Shown piece after piece: positions 35,508 to 48,800 of a DNA stretch of 64,000 nucleotides (position 1 is the stretch's first letter; every line of letters begins with the position of its first letter). Under the pieces are notes generated by a model. That model saw only the letters and a list, made by a program, of their open reading frames with translations. It searched no databases and was not told the origin of the DNA. This stretch comes from Selaginella moellendorffii (Eukaryota; Plantae; Lycopodiophyta), in contig NW_003314414.1 in the NCBI RefSeq assembly GCF_000143415.4, forward strand, positions 153,626 through 217,625. Direction: 5' to 3'. The position numbers were made by a program, and so were the translations under genes.

Positions 35508-36461
35508 ACAATTATCACCAAAAACCAAGAAATATATTATCTTTAGTTCTAAATAATATGAAAATTCAAAATTTAAAGAAAGCAGAAGATTCAAGTATAA
35601 AAAGCATATCCAAATATCTTGAGACAAAACAAACAAATTATTTGCTTGCAATAGCATAAAAAATGCATGATGACATACAACATATGCAGGCTAGTTGATA
35701 GCATTCACAAGAACCCTGATCTAAGCTCTCATTATCAAAAACTATCCCCATGATTTGTAAGTGAAAATAAAGCCACTTGACTAAGTATCTGCTGGAAGCC
35801 CTCACAAGTATCATTTGGCTGGAAGTTGTACTTTGCATCCTTTGAACAACAATATCGAAGCAGTCTTTCAATCAGCTCTTCCAGAAGGCAATGGTCGTCT
35901 CCACAAGAATACAGCACAACAAACAACATCACAAATCTGCCAACATCAATATATTTCCAGCTAGTGGCAAGTCTCTGCATGTTCCTTTTTAAACATTGCA
36001 AGTTGCATCCATTTCCTGAGTAGAAGTTCTACAATGTTTCAAAGCTCCTTTTCAAGTATTTATCTCATACCCAAGCAACTCTTCTTCTTCCTTCTTCAAT
36101 GAACAATTGCAAGCAGTGCTACAGAACGGAGCTGCTCCATCATAACAATGATAGCATGGTCTGACTAGCTGCTTCTTTGAAATGTTTGACTCTGATTGCT
36201 ACACAAGTGTGCTTTACTATGTTCTGATATCTGATAGTGTTATTACTTTTTAAATGCATGTTCAAATTTCTTTATATTTGCGGTTGAGTACTGGCTGTGT
36301 ATTGATACCTCCCACTTTGAACAGCACGTCCTGTAAACTCTGTATTATTATATAATATAAACTATTTAGGTGTTACATATCACTCACATGAACACTTACC
36401 ATTCTGGAAAAAGTGACAACTGTTGACTGTGATTATGCCTTTCCTTTGCTGAGAAAGATCT

Positions 36462-36965
36462 CTAGTTGCAATTGATACACATTCTAATGAATTTTATGAT
36501 AAGAATTACTTTCTCAGGTTTAGTATGCCCAAAAGCATACTTTAGAGATTTTAATTTGCTGTGCATGCAACCTCCATACTCTGTCAACTTATTTTTCTTA
36601 TTTCCACATCTCAAATCTGGCCAAAATTCATGTACTTTGCCATTATCATCACTCCAGAAACTTACTCCTTGTTTTTTCAATGCCTTTTGTTCTTTCCTTT
36701 CACGTTCTGTCCCTTGCTTTTCTTTGAACATACTTAATGTTTCATAAATATCTTGCATCATAACATAAGCAGATGCATCAGTTTTATCAGCTTTTACAAT
36801 AACTTTAAATGCTAACTGAGCCACTTTAAAATTCTCAGAATTTGTGCGTTCCCTACAGCCTGATAATAGTGCCCTCCAAGCCGAAAACATTTTTTCAATA
36901 TTTTTGAATGACATGTGATAAATAAACCATTTTGCTTCTTCCATGTGATTATTTTGAGCTAACAT
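36462..36965 (-). pseudogene. PPR E/E+ domain fragment
   Basis: AWRALLSGCR...ASAYVMMQDIY...KKQGVSFW...GKVHEF is typical of PPR E/E+ domains. Confidence 0.7.
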
Positions 36966-37559
36966 ATTTGCGGCTCGAGAATGCTTCGTCCATGGGGGCG
37001 CGCAAGGCGATCTTGGCTACGTGAGAGATTTCGAGAGCTTCTGGATTCCTATGCTGGGCGATCTCATGGGAGGGGATTATCACCACTACAGTTTACAGGT
37101 ACGCAAGAATCTTAGATTTTTTCTCTTGTTTTCTAGTTTCTTTTGATTTGCAATTTCTATCGTGGCTGTTCTTCCAGCTTTGCTTATGAGTTTCTTGCTT
37201 TTCTTCCCATCAAACTTTGGTGTTGTTGGTCGGGATTTCTTTTGGTTTTCTCGTTGTTTCCGTGCTCGTATCTTTCATGCCTGATCGAGTCTGATCTTGT
37301 CGGTGACATTCTTTTTTGTTTCGTCCTCTTCATCCATCACGTTCTTATATCACGATCATGCCAGGTTTTTACATGGCTCACGAACAATCCAATGGTCCTA
37401 CTATCGGCCAAGAGTCGAGCAGCTCTACGCGACGATGATCTCTTATGCCGGAGTCGTTCGGAGCCTGAGGCTAGCACGCATCTGGTTCCAAAGGCAAGGG
37501 GCTCAAGCAATCGACGAAGTGCTGCAACGCTCTCATCCTCGCCTACACCAAGAAAGGTG

Positions 37560-38113
37560 ACGCTTAAACCGCGCTCTACATCCTCGAACAGATGAAAGCC
37601 TTCCGTAAGGGGTGCTCGCCAAACGCAGTCACGTACTACATCCTCATCGCCATGTTTGCGAGGCTGGGGGACGCGCCAGGCCTTGCAAATCTCCTGGGCG
37701 ACAGCAAGTGCTCAAGCTTCCGTCCCGACGCCATGACTTACAACACTCTCCTCTGCGGGTACTCGAAGATGGGAATGCCGGAGGATTTCGACAAGACACA
37801 CGGGGAAATGGTGGAGGAGGAGGAACTTAGCAAGGAGAGCTACAACGCGTTGCTCGTTGGATACCCGTGGCTGGATCGTCTCGACGAGCTCTAGCGCTGT
37901 GTGGGGGCGATGCTAGCCAGGGAGATGAGTCTGGCATCGCCAGTGGTGGCGGAAGAGATCGCCAAGGCTTACAGAAGAAATGGATGGGTGGAAGGATTGG
38001 ACACGGTGATCCAGCTTGAGGAAAAAAGTCCTGGGATTTCTCCAACGTTCCAAAGCTTTATAAATGCTTGCAATGACGATTTAGAAAAAAAGGAGGCGCT
38101 TGTTTCAAGATAA
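37560..38113 (+). pseudogene. P-class PPR gene fragment
   Basis: GCSPNAVTYYILIAMFAR, RPDAMTYNTLLCGYSK and SYNALL motifs; internal stop. Confidence 0.75.
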
Positions 38114-38429
38114 GTTTTTACTTTTTTTTTCACTACAATCCATGTGATTAACTTTGAATACTATTTTTTGTGGTCTCTTCCAGCTTTTTCCAGAATATGG
38201 ACTCACTGGCTGTGTCCACTGGAAGCATTTCTTTAAAACCATGCTCCTGGCATTCATGGTATGTGGCAAACAAAAGCTGCAACAAAAGAAAAATCCCAAC
38301 AAGAATCCAACAGGGGTTGCAAATTGTAGAAAATTGACTGATACCACTGTCCAGGTTGAACTTTTGTGCATTCTCTAGTTAATAAGAACGCTGACCAGAT
38401 AATGTTGACAATTTTGAACGTTACATATT

Positions 38430-40610
38430 GGACAGCAGCACCGTTGACCCCGCAAAACCCGGGCTAATCCCCACCGCGTTCCACGCTGCCACAGCCCCCC
38501 ACCGCCACGTCCCCGTGCACCTTGCAGCACCCCAGCAGCGTGTTCCACGCCACCTGGAACGGCATATTCCTCACCACGTCCTCTGCCCGCCCGACAAACC
38601 CCGCCCGCCCCAGCACGTCCACCATGCACTTCCAGTGGTTGGGCCATGCTGCCAGGCAGTGGTCCTCGACCATGGACACGAAGAAATGCATGGCTGCACG
38701 AGTTGAGGATGCTGACGTAGGTGACGCTGTCGGGCTGGATCCCCTCGAGGTGCATGTCACAGTAGAGGAGGATGGCATATTCGGCATGGCTGTGGTGGGC
38801 GCCACCAGGGAACTCCATGTCACCGTGTGGCAGGCTCTCATGAGGTGGAAGGTGGTGGCGGCGTCTCCCATGCTGCCGCAGCGCGCATACATGCTAACCA
38901 GCGCATTGCCCAGGGTGACGTTGGTCCTGGATCCCGCGAGAATCTCCGGATTCGCGGCGCATAGCTCAGCGTGGATGCGCCGCCCCTCAGTGTGCCCAGG
39001 CACACAGGAGAATGACGGCCATGATGCAATCGGGCTTTAGAATGGAGTCCGAGATGGTGGAGGCCGAGATGTTAGTGGAGTCCGAGCTCTTCACACTCTT
39101 TGTGTACAACTAGAGTCCGAGCTCGCAGAGACCGAGCACCTCAAGCCGGACTCCATGGTCCTCGAGTTCCCAGCAACAATGCAATTGCTTCCTCGTAGTA
39201 TCCGTGCTGCACATAAGATCCCATCATTGCGTTCCATGACACCAAGTTCTTCTTCTCAATCCCATCAAACACCCACCTTGCCTCCTCCAGGCTGCCGCAC
39301 TGCACATACATGTTGATGAGCGCATTCTGGATCTGGATCTTGAGCATGAAGCTGGAGGAAGCAACGCGAGCGTGGAACTTTCTCGCGAGGCCGACGTCCC
39401 CGACCAGTGATCCGGTGTAGATTACGTTGAGCAGCACCACGCTGTCCGGCTGGATCGACTGCCCGACCATCTTGTCGTAGAGCTCGAGAGCTTTGGATCC
39501 ATTGCCGTGAAAGGTGTAAGCAGTGAGCATGGCCGTCCAGGACACAACGTTCTTGGGATTCTCTGAAAAATCCTCTCAGTGGCCTCTAGATCTCCACACT
39601 GGGCGTAGGCAGTGACAAGCGAGTTCTCCAAGCTCAAATCTGGAGGAGAGTGTACCGCGGCGAGCTCCAGCTGCGAGTGGATCCGCTTGCACGATCGCAA
39701 GCACCCAGGGCTCGAGCAGGCACTTAGAACTTCCAGAAAGCTCACGTCGTCGGGCTTGATCCCTTCCAAGTTCATGCCATGGAAGAGGCCCATCGCCGTG
39801 CAAGACTGTGTGTGGCCGCGATCATGCTGTTCCACAAGATCCTGTTGTGATCTTCCATCCTCTGGAACACCGCAAGTGCTTCCTCCGTGCTGCCACCCTT
39901 CGCGTACATCGAAACGAGCGCATTCTGGATCGTGATGTCTCCGTGGAGGCCCAGGTTGATCATGGCGGCGTGGATCTTCCTGCCCTGATTGAGAAATTCC
40001 CTGCTGGAGCACGCAGTGATTGCCACCGGATTGGGCTGGACGCGAGCTTGGATCATCCCCTTGAGCGTCTCGAGCGCCTGGCGGCAATCCCCAATCTGGG
40101 CAAATGCGGTGATCATCGCAGTCCACGACACTACATCCTTGTGCGGTATCTGATCACATTCTTGCGGAGATCCGGGGAGAGAATTCTCGCGTGGATGGCC
40201 ATGCCCAGCGCGAGATCCTTGGCACCGGAGCACGCAGCCAGTGTGCTCACGATCACCATTTAGTGGTTCCACATCCATGTGCTGGAGGAGATTGATCGCC
40301 TCGCGGCAATGCCCCGACTGCACGTAGGCCGCGATGATGCAGCTCCAAGACACCACATCTTTCTTGGGCATCTGATCGAAGACTGCACGCACGGCCGCGA
40401 GGCTGCTGGTGCCACCACATTCTGGATGAGGAGATTACTGAGGTGGACGCTCTGGAGGAAGTGGCCTGTGGCGAGGATGTGATCGTGGACACGACAGCCG
40501 TCGGTGAGCGAGCTGGAGATGCCACAGCAGTGGAGGAGGGATGCGTAGAGGGCTGCCGATGGCAATAGGAGCTGTCTTGGCTGGATGGGAGAACATTCTT
40601 TGCTCATCAA
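38430..40610 (-). pseudogene. PLS-class PPR pseudogene fragments
   Basis: DVVSWSCIIAAY, DVVSWTAMITAF, NALVSMYAKGG, NALINMYVQCGSLEEA and CMVDVLGRAG...WNTLLGCCKVHGD, spread across frameshifted ORFs. Confidence 0.85.
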
Positions 40611-41499
40611 ACAATGATATAGAAATAATAATTTAATTTTATTAGAAAATATTATTTAAAATAATGTCGTGTTCAGGATATTGGAATAGATATACTAAAT
40701 AGGGTTTAGACCCCTCCTTATATAAAGAAGTGTGGCAACAAATTTTGAAGGGGACACAAGAATTATGAAACATTTTGGAGTTCAAAGCTAAAAGTGGGGA
40801 TATTCTCCACAGGTTCAAAGGAGTAAGAGGTTCAGCCACTAATCTAGCTTGGAAATGCATTCAGTGTCAAGGACAGCACAAATGGATGCAAGTTTGGTGG
40901 GAAGTGACAAGAGCTAAAGTTGGCATGCCAGTTTGGGAGGCAATGGGCCACGAGTGTTGGGATATCTAGAGAATGACAAAAGTGTAAGCACTTTGGGAAG
41001 CACATAATTACTATCATTTTGACAGATAATAAGTGAGGATATATGTAATGGTGGCCTTATGATGGAGACTCACTCTTGCAGTGGTGTGCCTCCATTATGC
41101 CATCTTGAAAGAATATGCAAAACCTAGTCAACTAGAGGGGTGGAGGAACAGATGGCTTTTGTGTTTCGGGAGAGTGGATAACAATAAAATTTGCTGGCAG
41201 TGACGTCTCTCTAACTTTGTTTTACATTTGGCTTGAGGTGGAGATTTGGATATCAATATAATCTAAAAGAAATGACCATAACTACTTCTACTTCAGGACT
41301 TGAGACGTAAGACAATCACATAGAGTAGCTTGTTAAGAGGGTGGCACATCTAGTTTTTGCATTAAAGATATATTGATTTGCTAGCTACATTCTCAAAATA
41401 AGTTCTCGAAATAAGTGAGAGATTGCCAGCTACAAAGTGATGGACATGGTTGTCAATCTCAGTGACGCTGTAACCTGTTGGCCTCTTGAGGCATTTCTC

Positions 41500-42750
41500 T
41501 TCCATTCTCTACCATGTCATCTTGGAGCCATCCTGAGGATGCAAACAAATTTGAAGTATGTAGATAGCACAGTACTGGAACTAAGAACCTCCTGTGGTGA
41601 AATGAGTGTCTAGGAACCATTCTCCAATTAAGCATGATATTTGTCCTGCATAGCTGCTCACCAATGAAAGTGTTGTAGTCCAGAGAGCACTTCATCTAGT
41701 TTGTTAACTTGTGAATAGCTTGTGTGGCTTATGCATAATAACATAGAATGTTCTAAGTAGGTGTCTAAGGTCTGAGAGAATGTTTTGGTGGTGAACTAGT
41801 GACTGGAGCATCATCACTATCTCGTTCCAATGAGATTCTACCCTCTGGATCTGCATGAACAATATCCAACTCTGAAGTGAAGTACTTTGTTCTAAAAGTT
41901 CAGAGCCATTATCATCTATAGCAAGAGGCAGTGGATCCTTAGGTGGTGATCAAAAGGTAGCAGTGGTGGTGGTTCTGATAGAGAAGTCTCTAGGGTTGAT
42001 ACCATTTCCTTGTCACTGTTATTTCCATGTGCACTAATTAGAACCAAATGTAAGAAATGCCCAGTGTCTTTCTTGTTGTTAACTGATGAGGTAGAGTATG
42101 CTAGTACATCGTCTCAAAAGAAAATAGTACATATCACCAATACCTTCTTTTGACTGAAAATCCAAACCCGATAACCAAGTGTTCTTGCTATAGCCGAGCA
42201 TCATGCATCTCATTGAACAATCTTCCCACTTGTTTTGTCTTTCCTCAGCTGAAATGTATGCATATCCTGCACACCCAAACACATGCAAGTACATAAGAGA
42301 CATGTTCAAGCCTATCCAGATTTTCTATGGCATTTTGTTCAGCACTGATTTTGTAGGAAGAATGTTTTGCACATGAACCACAGTATATTCATAGACTCAG
42401 CCCAGAAGAAAAGAACACTGGATGCCTTGGTCACATCAAGGACCGTCAACATCTTCTACTCCACAACCCCATTATGGCCATGTTCATATGGCATAGAAAT
42501 TTGGAGGGAGATACCACGTGATGCAAGGAGTGTCCAGAATTCTCTTGAGAGAAGTTCCTGTCTTCCATGGACTCTAAGTGTGTGGATTGTCATCCCAAGT
42601 TTGTTTTCTTACTCTCAAATCTATTCCAGGAACTTATGAGGCACCTCAGATTTAAAATCTTGCTCTTGAAAATCTTACATTTAGAACTTATAAGAAAACT
42701 CAAATACTCAAGAAACAACTCACCAAACTCAGATACAAGTTCCAATGGCA
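41500..42750 (-). mobile_element. Ty1/Copia integrase remnant
   Basis: LHVFGCAGYAYI...KW...RCMMLGYS is the Copia SH3-like post-integrase motif; the upstream integrase core is degenerate. Confidence 0.65.
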
Positions 42751-44519
42751 ATAAGTTTGTATAGTTCTCTTTCATCCTGAGACAAAGTCGCAACCCTTGG
42801 ACCGTTTGGACCACTTTACACATGGTGGTGGCAAGTTCCATTTCCGCTCGTGAGCTTCATCCTGCAGGGCACTGGGGCCGAACTTCATCCTCCTCAAGAA
42901 TTTGAGAGCAGATTCATCGCCAAACAGGTCTGCAGCATTCTCTACATCCAAGACTACAAACTTTCCCTCCTGCATGCATCTCCCAGGAATATCGACATTG
43001 ATCTCCTTTCAGCTGTGGCGGCATTACCAAGAGCCTTATAAACTGAATGCTCAAGAGCAACTTGTATGCTTCTGTATCCTCACGAAAACAGGTCTTCACA
43101 AGTGTATAGAACATATCGGTCTAGCTCAGTGCATTCTTAGGAAACTTGTGCTGCTCCAAGACGTGCATCACGTGCACCTCTATGTCTCCATTCCCTTCAC
43201 TGAATTTGTATCGAATGCCTCACACAGTATCAGCACCGGCAGTGTTGTCTCCTGAGATCCATGTCGTGCAGAGTGGACCATCCCTTTCCAAGTCCACAAG
43301 AAAGACTTCGGGATCATAGCCGTCAGCAGAAACAAATGCATCAATCAAGTCTTTCACGACTTCACCTTTCCTTGCGGCCAACTCTTGAAACCCCCTTGAG
43401 GGCAGCCGCTTGCCTGCAGCAGTGGTCTGAGAAGTGGCATGTCTGCCATTTTACCACTGAAAATCTCCAACATGCTCTCAAACGATAAAGCTAAGAAGTT
43501 CTGCAAGAACAATCCCTGGCCTGATGGTTAAGGCACAGCAGCCGTTACAGGTAACTACTCGACAGGAATCCCTTTGCCTGGTGTTGATCTTGAAAATAAT
43601 TTTTGGCTGCTGCAAGAACCAAGTACTCGTCCACATAAACACTGAACCCGCAGCTGTCTGCTCCAACCATCCCAGACCAGCCTCAGTCCTTGTTGTCCCT
43701 GAAAATGTACCTCTTCCAGCACCGAAGAGTTACACTTACTGCACTATGGCCACCTCAAGTTCCTTAATGAGATGTGGAGATGAGTGATGGCAAGTCTCCA
43801 CATCAGCAAACAAGCTGAGTCATCCATCCAAGACACCAAATGCCAAAGTGTCACACCCATACTTTTATGTACATAACCATACCAAAGCAATGAAGTCAAC
43901 AGAGCATTCCGTACACAAAATCCAGACATCTACATGGTATCTGGTTTGTTTTGATCCTGATGGCAAAACACTGACAAACACAGGAACGCAATGAGCAAGA
44001 AGATGCTAGGGCTCTTGTAGTCCTTGTGAAGCAGTGGATGTTAAGCACCAGCTTTGACCACATGGTCAATGTCAGTCAAAGGGAGGCTCAAAAGTATAGC
44101 AAGGCATGTTAAGGTAAGAGACTTAACCTACCCTAGGGCTCATAGTGGAGCGCAATGGAGCTTTTGAGGTAGCTTGGGGGTGGTTGGGTGGTGAGAACCC
44201 CAAGAGGTGGCGTAACATAGTCTAGAGCAACTAGATCTCTATTTTTTTGTGCCGGATCATAACATTAGTATTAAAGAAGTTGGTTGCGATGGCTGACCAA
44301 GCTGAATGCTGGAATCCTATTATCGATGGTGGTGCCAAAAATGGTGCCAATGGAGCTGCAGAAATTTGGACCATTCAAAATGTTGTTCATGAATTGCGAG
44401 CCCTTAATCGAAATTAGCAAAAGATGCAAGGCAAGATGCATGGCATGATGGATACCATGCATGGGCGTGTTGAGGCACTCGAGGCTAGGCTCCAAGTAAG
44501 CCTTCTGTGGTAGATTGAC

Positions 44520-45406
44520 TCAAAGTTCTAACCTTTTTCCGGTGATGGTGGTGTGGACGATGGCTAGTCAATGTGAAGAAGTTTTTGGCTACTAGGGGAA
44601 CTCTAGATGCAAAGGCTTTAGTAGCTATTCCAATGGTTTTGCGTGATGCAGGTCTTCGGTGGTGGAATTGGCTTGAGGAGTCTCATGTTGCAAATAAGAA
44701 ACCACCAGTGTCTACCATGGATGAGTTTGAAGTTGCTTTCCATTTATGTTTTGCCCCTCACTACGATGTGGAGAATGCTCACACAGAATTTTGACATTTC
44801 CAGCAAGGGAAAATGATACTCGGGGACTATATTGAGAAGCTTACTCACTTGATAGCCGTGTTCCAATAAAGGATCCAGATAAAAACAAATCCTACTTCAT
44901 TGATGGCTTTCATAGTGAGAGTATGCAACAACACTTGCGTCATTCTTAGCCTACAAAGAGTTTGGAAAAGCTCTTTGATGCGGCTTGTTGACTTGACAAT
45001 GACAAACACAAGTCTTGCAAGCATTTGTGAAGTCCTTCTATCGAGAATCATTATGATGATCACTGTGGACACAAGGATGGGAACAAGCACCACAAGTTGA
45101 AGTCTGTGGTGACTACTTTAGATGCAAAGGGGTTAAAGAAGTAGAAGTTCTTTGTGAAGAATTATAGATAGGGTTGTCATCATTGTGGCGAGCTTAGACA
45201 TTACAAGGTTGATTGTCCACAGCTGAAAAACAAGTAGCAAGGCAAGAAGAATGGCTAATCTTCTCCTGACGGTAAGTCAAAAACTAAAAAATTGCAAACT
45301 TTACAATATGAGGATGATGGGGACAACCATTCTGGTCAAAGGAAAAGGCTTTTGATAATTGCTTGTCAACTCGAGGATACTCATGAATCAGCTTTAATGT
45401 TAGAGA
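44520..45406 (+). mobile_element. Ty3/Gypsy gag remnant (left of transposon copy 2)
   Basis: LRDAGLRWW...EFEVAFHLCF...FQQGK gag motif; zinc knuckle CHHCGELRHYKVDC at ~45175-45216. Confidence 0.7.
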
Positions 45407-45410
45407 AGCT

Positions 45411-45429
45411 CTATTTCGTTAAAGTGGGA
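45411..45429 (+). repeat. Left terminal inverted repeat (19 bp), copy 2
   Basis: CTATTTCGTTAAAGTGGGA = reverse complement of 59011-59029. Confidence 0.9.
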
Positions 45430-45847
45430 ATTGTCATTATCCCACTTGTAAAATAAGGTTTCCAAACCTTTATATAGTATATAAATATAACAAAATTCAA
45501 CTGCATTGAGGCACATGCCATTTTATTTTAAACAAGGAAATGTCTACTCAATCACTTCTCCTCCCCCTGCCACTGCTTCACCTCTCTCTTCTCCTTGTCA
45601 TCGTCGTCCAATTTCTTTCCATCCTTTTAATATTGGCTCAGTTGCTCCGAGTCTAGGTGGAGCCCAAGTCCCCATTCAATCTTTACTTTCCCCTTATTAA
45701 TAAAACAACTTCGTAGACTTCCAATAACATGCTGTAACACTTCTAGTATAATGCAAATCCTCTCAAAGAATTGTCTTTTAATATTAATACAATGGCATGG
45801 AACCCCATGCCATAATAAGTTACATTTTAAAATAAATACATGCCATC

Positions 45848-48800
45848 TCAGACTGTTATTTTTTGCCTCCAACGCCTATACAATAATCTTGGAATTCCAT
45901 CACTCTCCACACTATCAGGATTTAAACCCAATAGTAATGCCATCTCTTCTCTAATACGTCCACGCTCATGTTCAGTGGTCGAAGAACCCATCCGGTTGAG
46001 CAGATTATGGAGATGCGGATAGTGCTTGGCTAGACAATATACATGCCATAAATGATGACTGGTGTCTGTCCGATCAAATGGCTTCTGATATACCGTTTCA
46101 TCTGCCATTTGGTTGATTTTTGCAGCCACCTCCTGGACTGGCCGGTTCTCTATCACCATCGCTTCAAGCCGTTTTGCAAGGTCCCCCAGAACATACGGTT
46201 TCTTCTCCCTAGTTTCCATACTGCAAGAGATGGGGTGCACTGCATATGTGTGCGTGTTCGCTGCAGTTTTAATCGGCGAGTCATCGATGATGAGGATTTC
46301 ACTTGACCTAGCAGTCCGGTTCATCACTACAGCCTCTGCCTTGACGAAGATGGGCTTGCTACCCCTCACATGGACCATAGTCAAGCAATCCTCCTGCGTT
46401 AGGAGAAAGTCAAATGGTAATATTACTCGCGTCTGATCGTGCATCATCTGTAGCAACGTTAATGCATTGTGGCGCATCATGGATGTCCAAACTCCCAATT
46501 GCAAATTGAACCCGGCCCTCTGTTTTAAGTGTCGCATGGTCATTATTAGATCCCGCAGTTTCTCCCGTGTGATTAATGTGAATCTGTCTCTTTTGACCAA
46601 CTTGCGACCGCAGGCTTTGGAGGGTGCAGTGACATTCGAGGACGAGCCACGCTCATGGGAGAAAAGGACACCGTTCAGATCAAAAACGATACAGTACTTT
46701 CGCCGTGACTCTGAAATGAAATGCGTCAGCATAAAAAATGGTACAAGTCAATTTTACCATCTACAATATTAGCGAATGGTGCTCCCGATGGTCGTTCAGA
46801 GGGTTTTGGTTGAGGAAACGTGAAGGGCGGAAATACTCTCCTCTGCAATGTGGGGTCAATCGCATCCGATGGCGTGTGGGCACATGCCATTTCAGCTGTA
46901 GACTTTGGTACAACTGGCTCAACAGTGGCATGGGGTGGTTCCGATGGCGTGTGATCACACGCCATTTCAGCTGGTGCCTCCGTTGGCAAAGTGGACATGA
47001 CCGAACAGGCAGCAGGGGCGGTGTAGGGAGGTTCCAACGGCGCGTAGTCAGACGATTGGGCACACGTTGGAAATGAGGATACGACCGGCTCGGCGGCTGG
47101 GGCGGCCTCATGCGGGTCCAATGGCGCCTGGTCACCGTCAGTTGGATACGTGGACAAGATTGACTCAGTGGTATGGGCAGCATCAAGTGGAGCGTGGTCA
47201 GCTTGCTTGGCGTTGATATGGATAGTAGCCTCCACCAGCTCTGATGACTCTTGCAGGCAAGTAGAGTCCACTGGCGGATCCATATGCATGTTCAAATATC
47301 TCCCTTCGATTGAGATGGTATCCTCCCGTGCTACTAAAAACAAACTCATTAGCACATTGAATCGACTATACTGTATTTACCATCAACTGCTATTGAGGAA
47401 CTAGGACCGATATCACTTGGGCGCACTGCTGATTCTGAAGGATTGGACATACGTTTCGACCCTTGCTTGGCACTATCCTTCCTCGACACTAAAGGCTAGA
47501 GTTTGTATCTTAATTCAACTGAATAATCTCTACTTACCATTTCTTCTGCGACCTACATGGACAATGTTAGAAATGGTAAAAGGTTAGGAATGGATGTACT
47601 ATTATTTACCTGATGGTTTGTCTTGTATGACCTTCCTCCGCTGCTCTTTGGCCACCTCAGGCTGGCCATCGTCGTCATCATCGTCATCGTCGTTATTGTG
47701 ATCGTCACCATTGTGAGGACCATCCAAGTCCTCTTCGTCCTCCTCTTCTTCATCCTCCTCTTCTTCGTCCTCCTCTTCTTTGTCCTCCTCTTCGTCCTTC
47801 TGCTCTTCCTGCTCATTATCTTTCTCTGGCTCCTCATCCCCCTCTTGCATTTCTTCCATAGGCTGCTTAGGCTGGATTGCTTGTTTTTCCAGGACCATCT
47901 TGGAAAAATCATCTGGCCGAGTCTCCATCTCAAAATACAAGACATCCATAGCCTGTTTTAGTGCGTGACCTAGGACCGTATCCTCACCCGACTGTCTTAA
48001 CATGGTTTCTGCACGTTCTTGCACCCTTCGAAGACGACGAGATGAGAAAAACGTGGCCCTGACTTGAAAAGCATCCCTCATCCATTGTACCTCTCCATTG
48101 AGATTGGGGAAGGGGAGTCCGCCATAGGAATCTGAGTCAGAAGGTGGTGACTGGCTCCTTTCACTCAGCCCTTGATCTGCAATGAATGGCATGAGCACAC
48201 ACGCCATAACCGCGAGGCATTACCTATCATCTTTTCGTTGCCCTTCTTCCTTTTCGAATCAAACGCCTCTGATCCCGATGACTGTCCAACGTGCTTTCGC
48301 TTTTTATGACCACTGTCAGTTTGAGCTTGGCTGGTGCTTGCCTGTTTTGCCTTTGAAGAAGTGTCTCCTGCAAGGAATGGCATGAGACCACATGCCATTG
48401 CAAATATAATTTGTACCTCCTTTTTTCCTATTGCTTGTCTGTTTGTCCTTCTTCGACGCGCCACCAGTGCGCTTTTCAGTCCTCGTGTCTGAATATTCAC
48501 AACGATCTATAATCAAAATGGCGTGAGGCCTCACGTGACCTTACCTTGTGCAGGTTGTGACCTCGGCCTAACATCAGTAGCTGTTAACGCCGTTTCAGCA
48601 TCTGGGGGTGGCCACGCTCCTGCATACAGAGCTTGTGAGATAACATTTAAACTTAAAGTGCGTACTCACCAGGTTCACAGAGAAGATACTGTTTTTCTTT
48701 GGCAACTGTAATTATATGCTCCATTGAAGTCACCTCTTCAATGGAGTTTGTCACCGCAACACACGGGACACCCTTGAGTAGTGCAGCTTGAAAGAATAGT

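Noticed and set aside
42760-44100. Possible host gene fragment on the minus strand
   Set aside because: Short ORFs with no motif I can recognise; not supportable without a search.
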